Shown here: positions 27,720 through 39,668 of the stretch, one piece after another | Position numbering within the stretch: position 1 is the first letter of the stretch | How the letters are laid out: each line of letters begins with the position of its first letter | Source: Sphingomonas sp. | Lineage (GTDB): Bacteria > Pseudomonadota > Alphaproteobacteria > Sphingomonadales > Sphingomonadaceae | Length of the DNA stretch: 64,000 nt | Assembly (NCBI GenBank): GCA_965219285.1 | Contig: CBDCNF010000008.1 | Location: 303,641-367,640, forward strand | Reading direction: 5' to 3' | Notes under the pieces: generated by a model | Databases searched by the model: none | The model's input: the letters and a program-made list of their open reading frames with translations, nothing else | Told to the model about the DNA's origin: nothing | Translations under genes and position numbers: made by a program

Positions 27720-27749
27720 GAAAAACCCCGCCCGGATCGCTCCGGACGG
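27718..27749 (-). terminator. rho-independent terminator downstream of hppA
   Basis: The minus strand reads CCGUCCGGA-GCGA-UCCGGGCGG followed by GGUUUUUCUU. It lies about 30 nt after the hppA stop. Confidence 0.6.
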
Positions 27750-27778
27750 CACCTTTCCTAACCCAAAAACGTCCGCCC

Positions 27779-29944
<2,166 letters not shown>

Positions 29945-30020
29945 CGAAGTCCCCTTAACGTACGGACGCGCGGAATACCCCGGTCGCGCGGTTTTGCGGC
30001 TCGGTATAGACGCGTTCGGC

Positions 30021-30935
30021 CTAGCGCAAGCGTCCGATGGTCTCGTGCTCCCAGCCCAGCGTTGCCGGAAGGGGGACGGATTCGCCGCCATCGACCAGCG
30101 TCAATCCGGCACCGGCTGCAAATGTACCGACCGCAGTCGCGGGCGCAGGCGGGACGACGGCGGCGGGGGCGGCGAATAACAATTGATAGTCGTCTCCCGC
30201 GGTGACCGCGGCGATCCGCGCCTCGCGGTTTTCACCGGCATGCGCGCGATACGCCCGCGATAAAGGGACGAGCGCCAAGTCGATCGAAACCGCCAAACCG
30301 CTCGCGGCCGCCATCCTTGCGGCATCGATCAGCAAGCCGTCGGACACATCCATCATCGCATGGACGACAGGCGCGAGCAGCCGTCCTTCGGCCAGCCGGG
30401 GCTGTGGGCGGCGATACGCGGCGAGCGCCTCGGTCGGACCTTGTTCGCCCTTCGCGATCGCCAGCCCCGCCCCCGCGTCGCCGATCGTCCCCGTCACCCA
30501 GAGCGCGTCGCCAGCGACCGCGCCGGATCGCGGCGGCGCCGTGGCGTCGTCGCCGAACGCGGTGAGCGTCAGCACCCGCGGCGCGCCCGCTGGCAGCGTT
30601 ACCGTGTCCCCACCGAGCAAAGCGCAATCCACCGCCGCCAGCGCCGCGCCAAGGCCGAAGACGAACGCGCAATCCCAATCGTCGTCGCCGACCGGGTAGT
30701 TGAGCAACACCCCCACCGGCCGCGCGCCCTTGGCGGCAAGATCGGACATGTTCGTCGCCACCAGTTTCCACGCGATATCGCCGGGCGCGTCGCTGCTGAG
30801 GAAATGCACGCCCTCGACCAAGGTGTCGGTGGTGACGACATGTCCACCGATCACCGCAGCGTCGTCGGCCAGCCCGCGCGCACCCGGATGTAGCGGCAGT
30901 CGGCGCAGCGCGGCGATGAGCTCGGATTCGATCAC
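30021..30935 (-). CDS. thiL: thiamine-monophosphate kinase
   Basis: ...[13 protein letters not shown]...[17 protein letters not shown]...DVSDGL.... The start is placed at GTG 30935 ([13 protein letters not shown]). The track's upstream extension is R-rich and unlikely to be real. Confidence 0.8.
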   Translation of the reverse strand: MIESELIAALRRLPLHPGARGLADDAAVIGGHVVTTDTLVEGVHFLSSDAPGDIAWKLVATNMSDLAAKGARPVGVLLNYPVGDDDWDCAFVFGLGAALAAVDCALLGGDTVTLPAGAPRVLTLTAFGDDATAPPRSGAVAGDALWVTGTIGDAGAGLAIAKGEQGPTEALAAYRRPQPRLAEGRLLAPVVHAMMDVSDGLLIDAARMAAASGLAVSIDLALVPLSRAYRAHAGENREARIAAVTAGDDYQLLFAAPAAVVPPAPATAVGTFAAGAGLTLVDGGESVPLPATLGWEHETIGRLR

Positions 30936-30996
30936 GCGGCGCAGCGTAGTCGGGAATGGCGACGCTGTCTGCCCGGCGCCGGCCTTGGCTTCAGCC

Positions 30997-31173
30997 TCAA
31001 TCCTCGCGCTTCGCCCCGTCGAGCAGATGGTCGCGGCGGTCCGCCTCCGCCTCCGCCGCATCCTTCTCCACCTTTGTCCGGCCGTGCGCTACGCTGTTCG
31101 CCGCGGCCTGCGCCTTGTCCTCGGCCCGGCGCTTCGCCTTGCGCGCCTTGTTCAGGTTGACGATGTCAGCCAT
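30997..31173 (-). CDS. DUF4169-like small basic protein (58 aa), not in the ORF track
   Basis: My own translation gives MADIVNLNKARKAKRRAEDKAQAAANSVAHGRTKVEKDAAEAEADRRDHLLDGAKRED*. Its ATG overlaps the nusB stop (ATGA at 31172-31175 in plus-strand coordinates). The pattern (.DIVNL..ARKAK.R.....A..N....GRTK.E) matches DUF4169 as I recall it. Confidence 0.65.
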   Translation of the reverse strand: MADIVNLNKARKAKRRAEDKAQAAANSVAHGRTKVEKDAAEAEADRRDHLLDGAKRED

Positions 31174-31628
31174 CAGCGCCGCGCCTCCTTCGCGATCGCG
31201 TCGAGCAGACCGTTGACGAACCCCGTCTCGCGCTTTTCGTAAAAGGCATGCGCGACATCGACATATTCGGTGATCACCGCCCCCGTCGGCACATCGGCGC
31301 GCGCCAGCAACTCATATGTCCCCGCGCGCAGGATCGCTTTCATCGGCTTGTCGAGCCGTGCGAGCGACCAGCCGCTCGCCAGCTTCGCCGCGATCGCCGC
31401 GTCGATCTCGTCCGCACGCGCCAGCGCGCCACTCACGACATCGTCGAAGAAATCAACGTCGGCGTCGGCATAATCCGCATCCTCGATGGTCGCGCCCAGC
31501 CGGTGTTGGTGGAACTCGTGGAGCAACGCTGCGACCGCGGTCGCCTCCATCTCATGCTGGTAGAGCGCCTGGACAGCGGCGAGCCGCGCGGCGGCGCGGG
31601 CTTTCGATCGGGCGGCGGTGCGGGACAT
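31173..31628 (-). CDS. nusB: transcription antitermination factor NusB
   Basis: 151 aa reading ...ARLAAVQALYQ...LDRLDKPMKAILRAGTYEL.... Confidence 0.92.
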   Translation of the reverse strand: MSRTAARSKARAAARLAAVQALYQHEMEATAVAALLHEFHQHRLGATIEDADYADADVDFFDDVVSGALARADEIDAAIAAKLASGWSLARLDKPMKAILRAGTYELLARADVPTGAVITEYVDVAHAFYEKRETGFVNGLLDAIAKEARR

Positions 31629-31843
31629 CGCCGCGCGCTCTAGCCGCTCCGCGCCGGGACGTCACCTGTCACGAAGTGTGTGGCGAAAGGGCAACGACTC
31701 TGTCGCAGCGTTGCAATCGAGCACCACTCACGCGGCTATCGTATCGCGCTCGCAATGATCGCTTGATGTTTCGTCCGTGTTACAGTTTTCTTGCAGCATA
31801 GGGAGACCATGTCGCGACGGCCTCGAACCAAGGGAACACTCGC

Positions 31844-34726
31844 ATGCGCACCAGCCTCTTCACACGATCCGTCCTGAGCAGTGGAATCGCCGCCGCAGCC
31901 CTCGCAGTTGCGCTCGTCGCCGTGCCTGCGACCGCACAAGAGGCGGTGAACCCGCCCGCCGACGACACCGCCGCGCCGGGCGAGGACATCGTCGTCACCG
32001 GCTCGCGGATCCGCCGCGATCCGCTCGACCAGCCGTTGCCGGTAGTGACCGTCGACGAGACCTCGATCGCCAAGACCGGCCTGTCGTCGGTCGCCGACGT
32101 GCTCCAGCGCCTGCCGAGCGCGGCGGGTGGGCTCAACACCAAATTCAACAATTCGGGCAACCTCGGCAATCCGCCCGACGGCGGCGGCGTCGGCGCGGGC
32201 TCGGCGGCGATCGACCTGCGCTATCTCGGCGCCAAGCGGACGCTCGTGCTCGTCAATGGCCTCCGCTTCGTCAACGGCGCCAGCGCCAGCGGCATCCCGG
32301 CCACCGTCGATCTGAACTCGATCCCCGACAACATGATCGAGCGGATCGAGGTGCTCCAGTCGGCGGCTTCGTCGATCTACGGGTCGGACGCGATCGGTGG
32401 CGTCGTCAACATCATCACCAAATCCGAGCAGCGGGGGCTGAAGGCGTCGGCGCAATACGGCACCTTCCGTCAGGGCGACGGCGACACGCAGAACTATCAG
32501 ATCAGCTACGGCATCGGCAGCGACCGCGTCCACATCGTCGCGGGCGCCGATTACATCAAGCAGGATCCGGTCCGCGCCCGCGACCGCGCGATCTCGCAAT
32601 TCCCCAATCCGGGACAGACGAGCTGCGCCGACCCAATCGGCGGCTGCTCCTCGGCGGCGGTCAACGGCCGCATCATCGTCGGCGATTTCGACGTCACCCC
32701 GCGCAACCCGCCGCTTACCGGGCGCGGCACGTTTGATCCGACGCTCGCCGGCGGCGATTTCCGCGCCTTCGGCACGGGGGACCGGTTCAACTTCGCGCCG
32801 TTCAATTACTTCCTGACTCCCAGCGAACGCTACGGCGCCTTCTTCAATACGAAGGTCGAGTTCAGCGAAGCGCTCAACCTGAAAGTCAACGCGGTCTATA
32901 ACCGCCGCAATTCGCAGAACCAGGCGGCGTTCCTGCCGCTGTTCGTCGGCCCCGACGCGGGCAACGGCAATCTGCTCGACACGATCTCGATCGACGCGAC
33001 CAACCCGTTCAACCCGTTCGGCTTCACGCTGAATTCGGGCACCAACGGCCAGCCCGCGACCTACAGCTTCATCGCCCGCCGCCTGGTCGAGGCGGGGCAG
33101 CGGACGTACAATCAGAAGGTCGACACGATGTCGATCACCGGTACGATCGACGGCAAGTTCCAGGCGTTCGGGCACAATTGGTATTACGACGTCAATGCGG
33201 TTGCCGGGTTCAACGAGGCGAAGCAGCTCTTCACCGGCAACGTAAACGCCGCCAACCTCGCGCAGGCGCTCGGTCCGGTTGCGGACTGCACCGGCGCGTG
33301 CGTACCGTTCAACATCTTCGGCGGGCTCGGTTCGGTGACGCCCGCGATGCTCGCCTTCGTCGGATTCGACGAACGCGACAAGAGCGACCAGCGGCTCAAC
33401 GATTACACCGCCAATCTTTCGGGCGAGCTGTTCGACCTTCCCGGTGGCCCGGTCGGCATCGCGCTTGGTTACGAGCATCGCTACCAGTTCGGCAGCTTCA
33501 CGCCGGATCCGATCATCCAGGCCGGGCTCGGCTCGGACATCCCGGCGCAGGCCGCGCGCGGCAGCTTCAACGTCGATGAAATCTACGGCGAGCTGCGCGT
33601 CCCGATCATCAAGGACGTGCCGCTCTTCCAGTCGCTCGAACTGAACGGCGCGGCGCGGCACTCGAACTATTCGACCTTCGGCGGCAATACGACTTTGTCC
33701 GGCGGGGCCTTGTGGAAACCGGTCAGCGACCTGCTGCTCCGCGGGTCCTATGCCGAGAGCCTTCGCGCGCCGTCGATCGGCGAATTGTTCGGCGCGCGCT
33801 CGCGCTTCGACGCCGCGCTCGACGATCCGTGCACCAGCGCGGCGGGCGGGCTGTTCCAGACCAACGCGACCGTCCGGCAGAATTGCATCGCCAACGGCGT
33901 CCCCGCCGACGGCAGCTTCGACGAGCCGCAGGGCGGCCAGCTTCCGGTCCTGACCGGCGGCAACCGTGCGCTCCAGCCCGAAACCGCGCGCACGTTGCTG
34001 TTCGGTGCGGTCTACAGCCCGGCGTGGGCGCAGGGCGGCTTCGCCAGGGCGCTGAGCCTCGAGGTGAATTATTTCGACATCAAGGTGAACGACGCGATCA
34101 ATTCGATTCCCGCCGACGTGCTGGTCAACCGCTGCGTGCAGTCGGGCGATGCGCTCAGTTGCGCGGCGGTGCAGCGCACCCCCAACGGCTTCATCTCGGC
34201 GATCAACGGGCAGCTCCTTAACATCGGCGGCATTCGCACCAAGGGCATCGACGCGACGCTGACCTTCCGTTCGTCGGAGACGGGCTTCGGCGCTTTCGGC
34301 CTCAACCTCAACGCCAACTACCTCCTGCGTTACAGCGAGATCGTTCCAGCGACGACCGGTTCGACCCGCACCGATTACGAAGGCACCGAGCGCGGCAGCC
34401 CCGACCAGGCGTATCCCAAGTTCAAGGCGATCGGCGTCGTCGACTGGACGCTGGGCCCGGTCACCGCGAGCTTCACCGGCCGCTATATCGACAGCGTCGA
34501 CGAGATCGCCCAGGTGAACACGCTGAACGACCGCCTCTACGGTGACGTCCAGCTCCAGTTCCGCCCGCGTTGGCTCGACGAGCGGATGGCGTTGACGGTC
34601 GGCGTCAACAACGTCTTCAACAGCGACCCGCCGTCGTGCTTCACCTGCAGCCTGAACAATTACGACCCGACCACATATGACGTCCCGGGGCAGTTCGGAT
34701 ATGTGCGGCTGAGCTTCGGCCTGTAA
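31844..34726 (+). CDS. TonB-dependent outer-membrane receptor
   Basis: 960 aa. It has a signal peptide ending ...PATAQE, a TonB-box-like DIVVTGSRI, a plug motif [29 protein letters not shown], and a long beta-barrel ending YVRLSFGL. Confidence 0.93.
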   Translation: MRTSLFTRSVLSSGIAAAALAVALVAVPATAQEAVNPPADDTAAPGEDIVVTGSRIRRDPLDQPLPVVTVDETSIAKTGLSSVADVLQRLPSAAGGLNTKFNNSGNLGNPPDGGGVGAGSAAIDLRYLGAKRTLVLVNGLRFVNGASASGIPATVDLNSIPDNMIERIEVLQSAASSIYGSDAIGGVVNIITKSEQRGLKASAQYGTFRQGDGDTQNYQISYGIGSDRVHIVAGADYIKQDPVRARDRAISQFPNPGQTSCADPIGGCSSAAVNGRIIVGDFDVTPRNPPLTGRGTFDPTLAGGDFRAFGTGDRFNFAPFNYFLTPSERYGAFFNTKVEFSEALNLKVNAVYNRRNSQNQAAFLPLFVGPDAGNGNLLDTISIDATNPFNPFGFTLNSGTNGQPATYSFIARRLVEAGQRTYNQKVDTMSITGTIDGKFQAFGHNWYYDVNAVAGFNEAKQLFTGNVNAANLAQALGPVADCTGACVPFNIFGGLGSVTPAMLAFVGFDERDKSDQRLNDYTANLSGELFDLPGGPVGIALGYEHRYQFGSFTPDPIIQAGLGSDIPAQAARGSFNVDEIYGELRVPIIKDVPLFQSLELNGAARHSNYSTFGGNTTLSGGALWKPVSDLLLRGSYAESLRAPSIGELFGARSRFDAALDDPCTSAAGGLFQTNATVRQNCIANGVPADGSFDEPQGGQLPVLTGGNRALQPETARTLLFGAVYSPAWAQGGFARALSLEVNYFDIKVNDAINSIPADVLVNRCVQSGDALSCAAVQRTPNGFISAINGQLLNIGGIRTKGIDATLTFRSSETGFGAFGLNLNANYLLRYSEIVPATTGSTRTDYEGTERGSPDQAYPKFKAIGVVDWTLGPVTASFTGRYIDSVDEIAQVNTLNDRLYGDVQLQFRPRWLDERMALTVGVNNVFNSDPPSCFTCSLNNYDPTTYDVPGQFGYVRLSFGL

Positions 34727-34756
34727 CGGACCGGGATCGAGGCTTAACCCGGTCCG
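34727..34756. terminator. perfect 9-bp hairpin between convergent genes (no U-tract)
   Basis: CGGACCGGG-12 nt-CCCGGTCCG. It lies between the receptor stop (34726) and the radical SAM gene, and covers that gene's stop codon (34744-34746). Confidence 0.3.
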
Positions 34757-35715
34757 GAACAGCGCGCACCGCCCAGCACGCAGAAGCGCGCGCAATGCGG
34801 GTGGTTGAGCGCGATCGGGCGGCTCCCCTCGGCCAGCGTCGCGCCGAGATCGAAGCCGGGATCGTCGGGGATCAGGGTGCAGGCGACCACGCCTGCGTGG
34901 TCCTCGCTGCGGCGATGAACAATCATTCGGCTTGTTGCGCACATCACGTCGCCGGGAGAGACGTCGAGGATGCCCCAGCAAGCGGTGGTGATCTCCGCGA
35001 CGTCGGCGGTCGCGTCCATTTCGGGGAATAGTACCAGGCGCGCCGGATCGCGCGCGTCGATCGCGATGCCGTGTGCGGCGAACAAGGCGGCGTAGCCGGC
35101 GCGGGCTTCGTCATCGGCTTCGGTGGCGAGATGTCGTCCGGCAACCGCGATCGAAAAGCCGTTGGCACAAAGCCATTTCAGCCCGTCCAGCGCGGGCTGC
35201 CAGCTCAGCGCGCCGCGTTCAACCTCATGCACCGCCGGCGTGTGATGATCGAGGCTGACGCGCAGAGTAAGGCGATCGCCGCGCCGTTCGCGTAGCGCGA
35301 GCAAGGCCGTGTCGTGCCGCCGCATCGGCTTCATCGCGTTGGTCAGCACCAGCACGTCGTGCCCGCGGGCGAGCGCCAGATCGAGCATCGCCATGATCTC
35401 GGGATTCATGAACGGCTCACCGCCGGTGAAGCCGATCTCGCGCGTTGCGAAGGCGCCCTCGGCGATCTCGTCGAGGAAGCGCCGGGCTTCTTCCACCGTC
35501 AGGTAGATCAGCGCATCGTTGGTCGGCGAGCTTTCGATATAGCAGGTCGCACAGGCGAGATTGCACAATGTACCGGTGTTGAGCCAGAGCGTTTCCAGCG
35601 CGATCAGCGGAACCTGCGCGCGCGGTTCGCCGACGGCGGTGATTTCGGGATCGGCGAATTTCGCGCGCGGCAGCGGCGGCGCTTCGACGCGGAACGGCGA
35701 CGGACCGGTCGGCAT
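34744..35715 (-). CDS. radical SAM protein with a Cys-rich C-terminal tail (ArsS/TIGR04167-like architecture)
   Basis: The start is trimmed to MPTGPSPF... (14 nt after the upstream stop). It has the CNLACATC CX3CX2C cluster motif, GGEPFMNPE, and the tail ...HPHCARFCVLGGARCSGPG*. Confidence 0.8.
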   Translation of the reverse strand: MPTGPSPFRVEAPPLPRAKFADPEITAVGEPRAQVPLIALETLWLNTGTLCNLACATCYIESSPTNDALIYLTVEEARRFLDEIAEGAFATREIGFTGGEPFMNPEIMAMLDLALARGHDVLVLTNAMKPMRRHDTALLALRERRGDRLTLRVSLDHHTPAVHEVERGALSWQPALDGLKWLCANGFSIAVAGRHLATEADDEARAGYAALFAAHGIAIDARDPARLVLFPEMDATADVAEITTACWGILDVSPGDVMCATSRMIVHRRSEDHAGVVACTLIPDDPGFDLGATLAEGSRPIALNHPHCARFCVLGGARCSGPG

Positions 35716-35729
35716 CGTCCGGGCTCTGG

Positions 35730-37145
35730 TCACGCAAGCCACCGCCGCGTCCTTGCGATCGTCGCCGCCCAGCGTTTGGGCCATGCGCCGAACACCGTTG
35801 GGGATAGCGCCGCGAACGCCGCCGCCTTGGCGATTTCGGATCGTGTCGGATAGGCGACGATCGCCGAACCCAAAGCGAAGGCGGAGGCCTTGCCGGTGAT
35901 GATCTGCGCCCAGGGCAGCACCAATTCGCCCGCGCGCGCGCCGACGATGGTGACGCCGACGACCCTGCCCTTGTGGCGGACGAGCTTGAGGAACCCCCGC
36001 GTGTCGCCTTCGGTGACGGCGCGGTCGTTATGGCTGAAATCCTCTTTCGTCACTTCGACCTTGCCGTATTGCTCGCGCGCCTCGGCTTCGGTCAGCCCGA
36101 TTTGCGCGAGTTCGGGGTCGCTGTAGGTGACGTGCGGCAACGCGCGCCAATCGACCTTACCGGGCCAGCCGAGCGCGACGTCGATGCCGACCAGCGAGCC
36201 TTCATAGCCCGCGACATGCGTGAAGCGCGGGCCGGCGCGGCAATCGCCGATCGCATGGATGCGGCGATTGCTGGTGCGGCGCCGCGCGTCGACGACGATG
36301 CCGTCCTTGCCGACTTTCACACCGGCGGCCTCCAGATCGAGATCGTCGATATTCGCGCGGCGTCCCGTGGCGACAAGCAGATGGCTCCCGGTCACCGATC
36401 GGCCATCGTCGAGCGTTACCGCGATAGTCGCCCCACTCGCCTCGATTTGCGCGACATCGCGCCCGCATTCGATCGTCACGCCCTCCTCGCGCATTTGCGT
36501 CGTAACGAGATCGGCGGCGTCGCGATCGTCGCGCATGAGCATCGCATGCCGCGCGATCACCGTCACTTTGGAGCCGAGCCGGCGAAAGGCCTGCGCCATC
36601 TCCACCGCGATCGCGCCGCCGCCGATGATGACGAGATGATCGGGCAGCACATCCAGCGCGAACAGCGTTTCGTTGGTGAGAAAGGGCGCGTCGATCAGCC
36701 CGTCGATCGGCGGGATCGCCGGTCTGGAGCCGGTCGCGATCACGATGCGCGGCGCCGTCAACGTGCGGTTTCCGGCGCGCACCGTCTTCGCGTCCAGGAA
36801 GTGCGCGCGCGCTCGGATCACGTCGATGCCCATCTTTTCGAACCGGCCTTGCGAATCGTGCGGCGCGATCGCCGCGATCGCGCCATCGACATGCGCGCGG
36901 ACGCCGCGCCAGTCGATTTTCGGTGTCGCAGTGATCCCGAGCCGTGCGCCGTCGCGCGCGCCATGCGCCGCTTTCGCCGCCGCCAGCAGCGCCTTCGAGG
37001 GCACGCAGCCGGTGTTGAGGCATTCGCCCCCCATCTCGCCGGCCTCGATCAACGCGACCTTCAGCCCGAACATCGCCACCCCGCCGGCAGCGGTCAACCC
37101 GGCCGATCCCGCGCCGATCACGATCAGGTCGAATGTATCGGTCAT
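35730..37145 (-). CDS. FAD-dependent pyridine nucleotide-disulfide oxidoreductase (dihydrolipoyl dehydrogenase/mercuric reductase-like)
   Basis: The start is trimmed to MTDTFDLIVIGAGSAGLTAAG. It has a redox disulfide (GGECLNTGCVPSK), a second dinucleotide fold (LVIIGGGAIAVEMAQ) and a C-terminal dimerisation domain. Confidence 0.88.
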   Translation of the reverse strand: MTDTFDLIVIGAGSAGLTAAGGVAMFGLKVALIEAGEMGGECLNTGCVPSKALLAAAKAAHGARDGARLGITATPKIDWRGVRAHVDGAIAAIAPHDSQGRFEKMGIDVIRARAHFLDAKTVRAGNRTLTAPRIVIATGSRPAIPPIDGLIDAPFLTNETLFALDVLPDHLVIIGGGAIAVEMAQAFRRLGSKVTVIARHAMLMRDDRDAADLVTTQMREEGVTIECGRDVAQIEASGATIAVTLDDGRSVTGSHLLVATGRRANIDDLDLEAAGVKVGKDGIVVDARRRTSNRRIHAIGDCRAGPRFTHVAGYEGSLVGIDVALGWPGKVDWRALPHVTYSDPELAQIGLTEAEAREQYGKVEVTKEDFSHNDRAVTEGDTRGFLKLVRHKGRVVGVTIVGARAGELVLPWAQIITGKASAFALGSAIVAYPTRSEIAKAAAFAALSPTVFGAWPKRWAATIARTRRWLA

Positions 37146-37195
37146 GCCGGGGATACGTTTGCACGACCGCAGCGGTTGCACCATGCTCGCATGGC

Positions 37196-38227
37196 ATGAC
37201 GCGTTTACGTATTCTCATCACCGGCGCGGGCGGGCTGATCGGTGGCGAGATTGCGGCACGGCTGGCGGCGCGCGGTCACCGGGTCAGCGCGCTGGTCCAC
37301 CGCAATCCCGAAGTCCGTGGCAATGACGGGCAGACGCCGGCGCTTCATGCGACGTTCCACGGCGATGTGACGCAGCCCGGCTTCGCGATCGATGCCGCAA
37401 CAGCACGCGACCTCGATCTACTGATCCACTGCGCGGCGACGACGCGGTTCGATCTCAAGGACGAGGATTATCGCGCGGTCAATGTCGCCGGAACCGCGCA
37501 CGCGATCGAGCTTGCCCGCAGCTGCGGCATGGCGCTGCTCCATGTCAGCACCGCCTATGTCTGCGGCAGACGCGATGGAGCGATCGCCGAGGACGATCCG
37601 TTGCCGCGAGACGGCTTCGCCAACGGCTATGAGGCGAGCAAGGCGGAGGGCGAGGCGCTCGTCGCGGCGAGCGGCCTGCGATTTGCGATCGCGCGGCCGA
37701 GCGTGGTGGTGGGCGATTCGACCAGCGGCGCGATCCGAACGTTCGACACGATCTATGCCGCGTTCAAACTGATCGCCGAGGGCAGGGTGCGTCATATGGC
37801 GGCGCACGGCGACGCGACGATCGATTTCGTCCCGATTGATCACGTCGCCGCCGGCATCGTCGCGCTGGCCGAGAATATGCGCGTGGCGGATGGCGGGCGC
37901 TACCATCTCGTCTCGGCGCAACCAGCGCCGGTGGCGATGTTCGCTGCTGCGATCGGTGCCTTTCCGCAGTTCAGCGCGCCGACGCTGGTGCCACCCGAAT
38001 CGTTCGACATAGCCGCGCTGCCGCCGCTGGAACGCCGTCTGTATTCGCGCGTCGCCGGGCTCTACAGCAGCTATTTCCAGCGCGATCCACGCTTCGACGA
38101 CAGCGTTTTCCGAAGCGTCACCGGCCTCGTCTGCCCGCCGACCGGCGCGGCGTATCTCAAGCGGCTGATCGGTTATTGTATTGCGGTCGGCTTCCTGTCG
38201 GGCGACGCCCAGGCATCGCGTTCGTGA
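37196..38227 (+). CDS. SDR-fold NAD-binding protein of the thioester-reductase / NAD_binding_4 type
   Basis: The start is trimmed to MTRLRILITGAGGLIGGEIA. The translation has ...LLIHCAATTRF...LLHVSTAYVCG...YEASKAEGE.... Confidence 0.75.
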   Translation: MTRLRILITGAGGLIGGEIAARLAARGHRVSALVHRNPEVRGNDGQTPALHATFHGDVTQPGFAIDAATARDLDLLIHCAATTRFDLKDEDYRAVNVAGTAHAIELARSCGMALLHVSTAYVCGRRDGAIAEDDPLPRDGFANGYEASKAEGEALVAASGLRFAIARPSVVVGDSTSGAIRTFDTIYAAFKLIAEGRVRHMAAHGDATIDFVPIDHVAAGIVALAENMRVADGGRYHLVSAQPAPVAMFAAAIGAFPQFSAPTLVPPESFDIAALPPLERRLYSRVAGLYSSYFQRDPRFDDSVFRSVTGLVCPPTGAAYLKRLIGYCIAVGFLSGDAQASRS

Positions 38228-39018
38228 CCGAACGGCATAACGAGCGACGCGGCGATACCGGTCTCGCCCGGATCGCGGTACGCAGGAACGCCGATCGTGA
38301 TATCGGATTGCGCCACATCGAGCCGGAAGGTGCCGTGGAGATGGTCCCACAAGGCCAGCCCGCTCGACCAGTTCGAATCGGTCTCGTCCTCGACCGCGCT
38401 GTGGTGGATGCCGTGCATCCTGGGAGTCGTGACGAGGTACGCGAGCAGGCGTTCGAGGCGCTCGGGCAAGGCAAGATTGCTGTGGTGGAACAGGATCGAG
38501 ACGAAGAACCAGCCCTGCCAGATTTTCAGCGCGCGCGGGGAAACGCCGATCAGCGCGACCTGTGCTGCGCGGTACTGCGCGGAGATCGCCATGTCGGCGG
38601 CGTGGAAACGCAACGCCGTCGTCGTGTCGAGATCGAGATCGATGTGATGGACGAGATGGAAGCGCCAGAGGAACGGTACCCGGTGGGTCGCGACATGCCA
38701 GAGATAGATGGCGTAATCCATCAAAAGCGCTGCCGCCGCATCGCGCGCCCATGCCGGAATCGGCAAATGCTGGACGAGCCCGCTGCGCCTGCGTTCGGCG
38801 CGTTCGGAGAGCGGGTTGGTGAGCGGTGCCTCGACCAGCGCGACGGTCGCCATGCTCAGCGCACCGAGCACCAGATTGGAGAGGCTCCGTCCCGGCTCCG
38901 CCTGCGTCGCCTTGCGCAACGGTCGCTTCCTTTCGCCGGCGAACAACGCCATCGCGGCGAGGCCGAGCGCGGCAGCGCCGGCGATCGTCACCATCCTGTC
39001 GTGACGGGCCGTGTCCAT
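38173..39018 (-). CDS. fatty acid hydroxylase / sterol desaturase superfamily membrane protein
   Basis: The start is trimmed to MDTARHDRMV.... His boxes are HVATH, HLVHH, FHHSN and MHGIHH. The 3' end overlaps the convergent SDR gene by 55 nt. Confidence 0.8.
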   Translation of the reverse strand: MDTARHDRMVTIAGAAALGLAAMALFAGERKRPLRKATQAEPGRSLSNLVLGALSMATVALVEAPLTNPLSERAERRRSGLVQHLPIPAWARDAAAALLMDYAIYLWHVATHRVPFLWRFHLVHHIDLDLDTTTALRFHAADMAISAQYRAAQVALIGVSPRALKIWQGWFFVSILFHHSNLALPERLERLLAYLVTTPRMHGIHHSAVEDETDSNWSSGLALWDHLHGTFRLDVAQSDITIGVPAYRDPGETGIAASLVMPFGHERDAWASPDRKPTAIQ

Positions 39019-39086
39019 GCGTCGAAAACCCGCGCCGCGCCGAGGAGTTGCGTGCGCGGCGGCGGCGCCTGCGCTATCGCTGGCCG

Positions 39087-39668
39087 ATGAACCCACGCGT
39101 CGTCCTGTTCACGCGCTATCCCGAAGCGGGCAAGGCCAAGACCCGGCTGATCCCGGCATTGGGCGCGGACGGCGCCGCCGCGCTCCACCGCACGCTCACC
39201 GAGCGGACGGTGCGCGCGGTGCAGGAGGGTGGGCTGGCGCTGGAGGTAAGGACCACCGGCGCGCCGGTCGCGGTGTTCGAGGCATGGCTTAGCAAGATTA
39301 CGATCGTCGATCAGGGGGGCGGCGATCTTGGCGAGCGGCTGGCGCGCGCGGCACCGCCTTACCCGACGATCTTCATCGGCTCGGACGCGCCCGATGTGAC
39401 GGCCGATCTGCTGCGAAATGCCGCCGACGCGCTGGCGCATGCCGACGCGGTGATCGGGCCTGCCGAGGACGGCGGATATTGGCTGCTCGGGCTTGCGCGA
39501 GAGGTTCGCGGCGTGTTCGAGCGGATCGATTGGGGAACTGGCGCGGTCCTCACGCAGACTGTGACGCGTCTCGCGGATGCCGGGATCGATCCGGTGCGCG
39601 TGCCCGAACTCGCCGATTGCGACCGGCCCGAGGATCTTGCACGCTGGCCGCATTTGATCTCGGGGTGA
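39087..39668 (+). CDS. DUF2064 (CofC-like) protein, resembling rSAM/selenodomain-associated transferase 1 (TIGR04282)
   Basis: MNPRVVLFTRYPEAGKAKTRLIPALG...IGSDAPD...IGPAEDGGYWLLGL...IDWGT.... This is the DUF2064 pattern as I recall it. Confidence 0.75.
   Translation: MNPRVVLFTRYPEAGKAKTRLIPALGADGAAALHRTLTERTVRAVQEGGLALEVRTTGAPVAVFEAWLSKITIVDQGGGDLGERLARAAPPYPTIFIGSDAPDVTADLLRNAADALAHADAVIGPAEDGGYWLLGLAREVRGVFERIDWGTGAVLTQTVTRLADAGIDPVRVPELADCDRPEDLARWPHLISG

Noticed and set aside
31629-31843. A 215-bp leader upstream of the TonB-dependent receptor, which is next to thiL and might therefore hold a TPP or cobalamin riboswitch.
   Set aside because: I could not find the conserved cores (the CUGAGA / ACCUGAUCUGGAUAAUGCC-type TPP core, or a B12 box) by eye. 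Only a covariance-model scan (Rfam/Infernal) could settle this, and nothing supports a call.
34744-34790. Possible selenocysteine recoding in the Cys-rich tail of the ArsS-like radical SAM protein, some relatives of which are selenoproteins.
   Set aside because: The tail reads ...FCVLGGARCSGPG with TGT (Cys) codons and ends at TAA. There is no in-frame TGA, and the sequence downstream of the stop is only a convergent-gene hairpin, so nothing suggests a SECIS element.
31736-34981. The longest ORF in the window (1081 aa, minus strand).
   Set aside because: It lies antisense to the TonB-dependent receptor gene. The translation is an R/A/G/D/V-rich low-complexity string with no recognisable domain. 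The plus-strand frame has a signal peptide, a plug domain and a barrel. This is a typical GC-driven shadow ORF.
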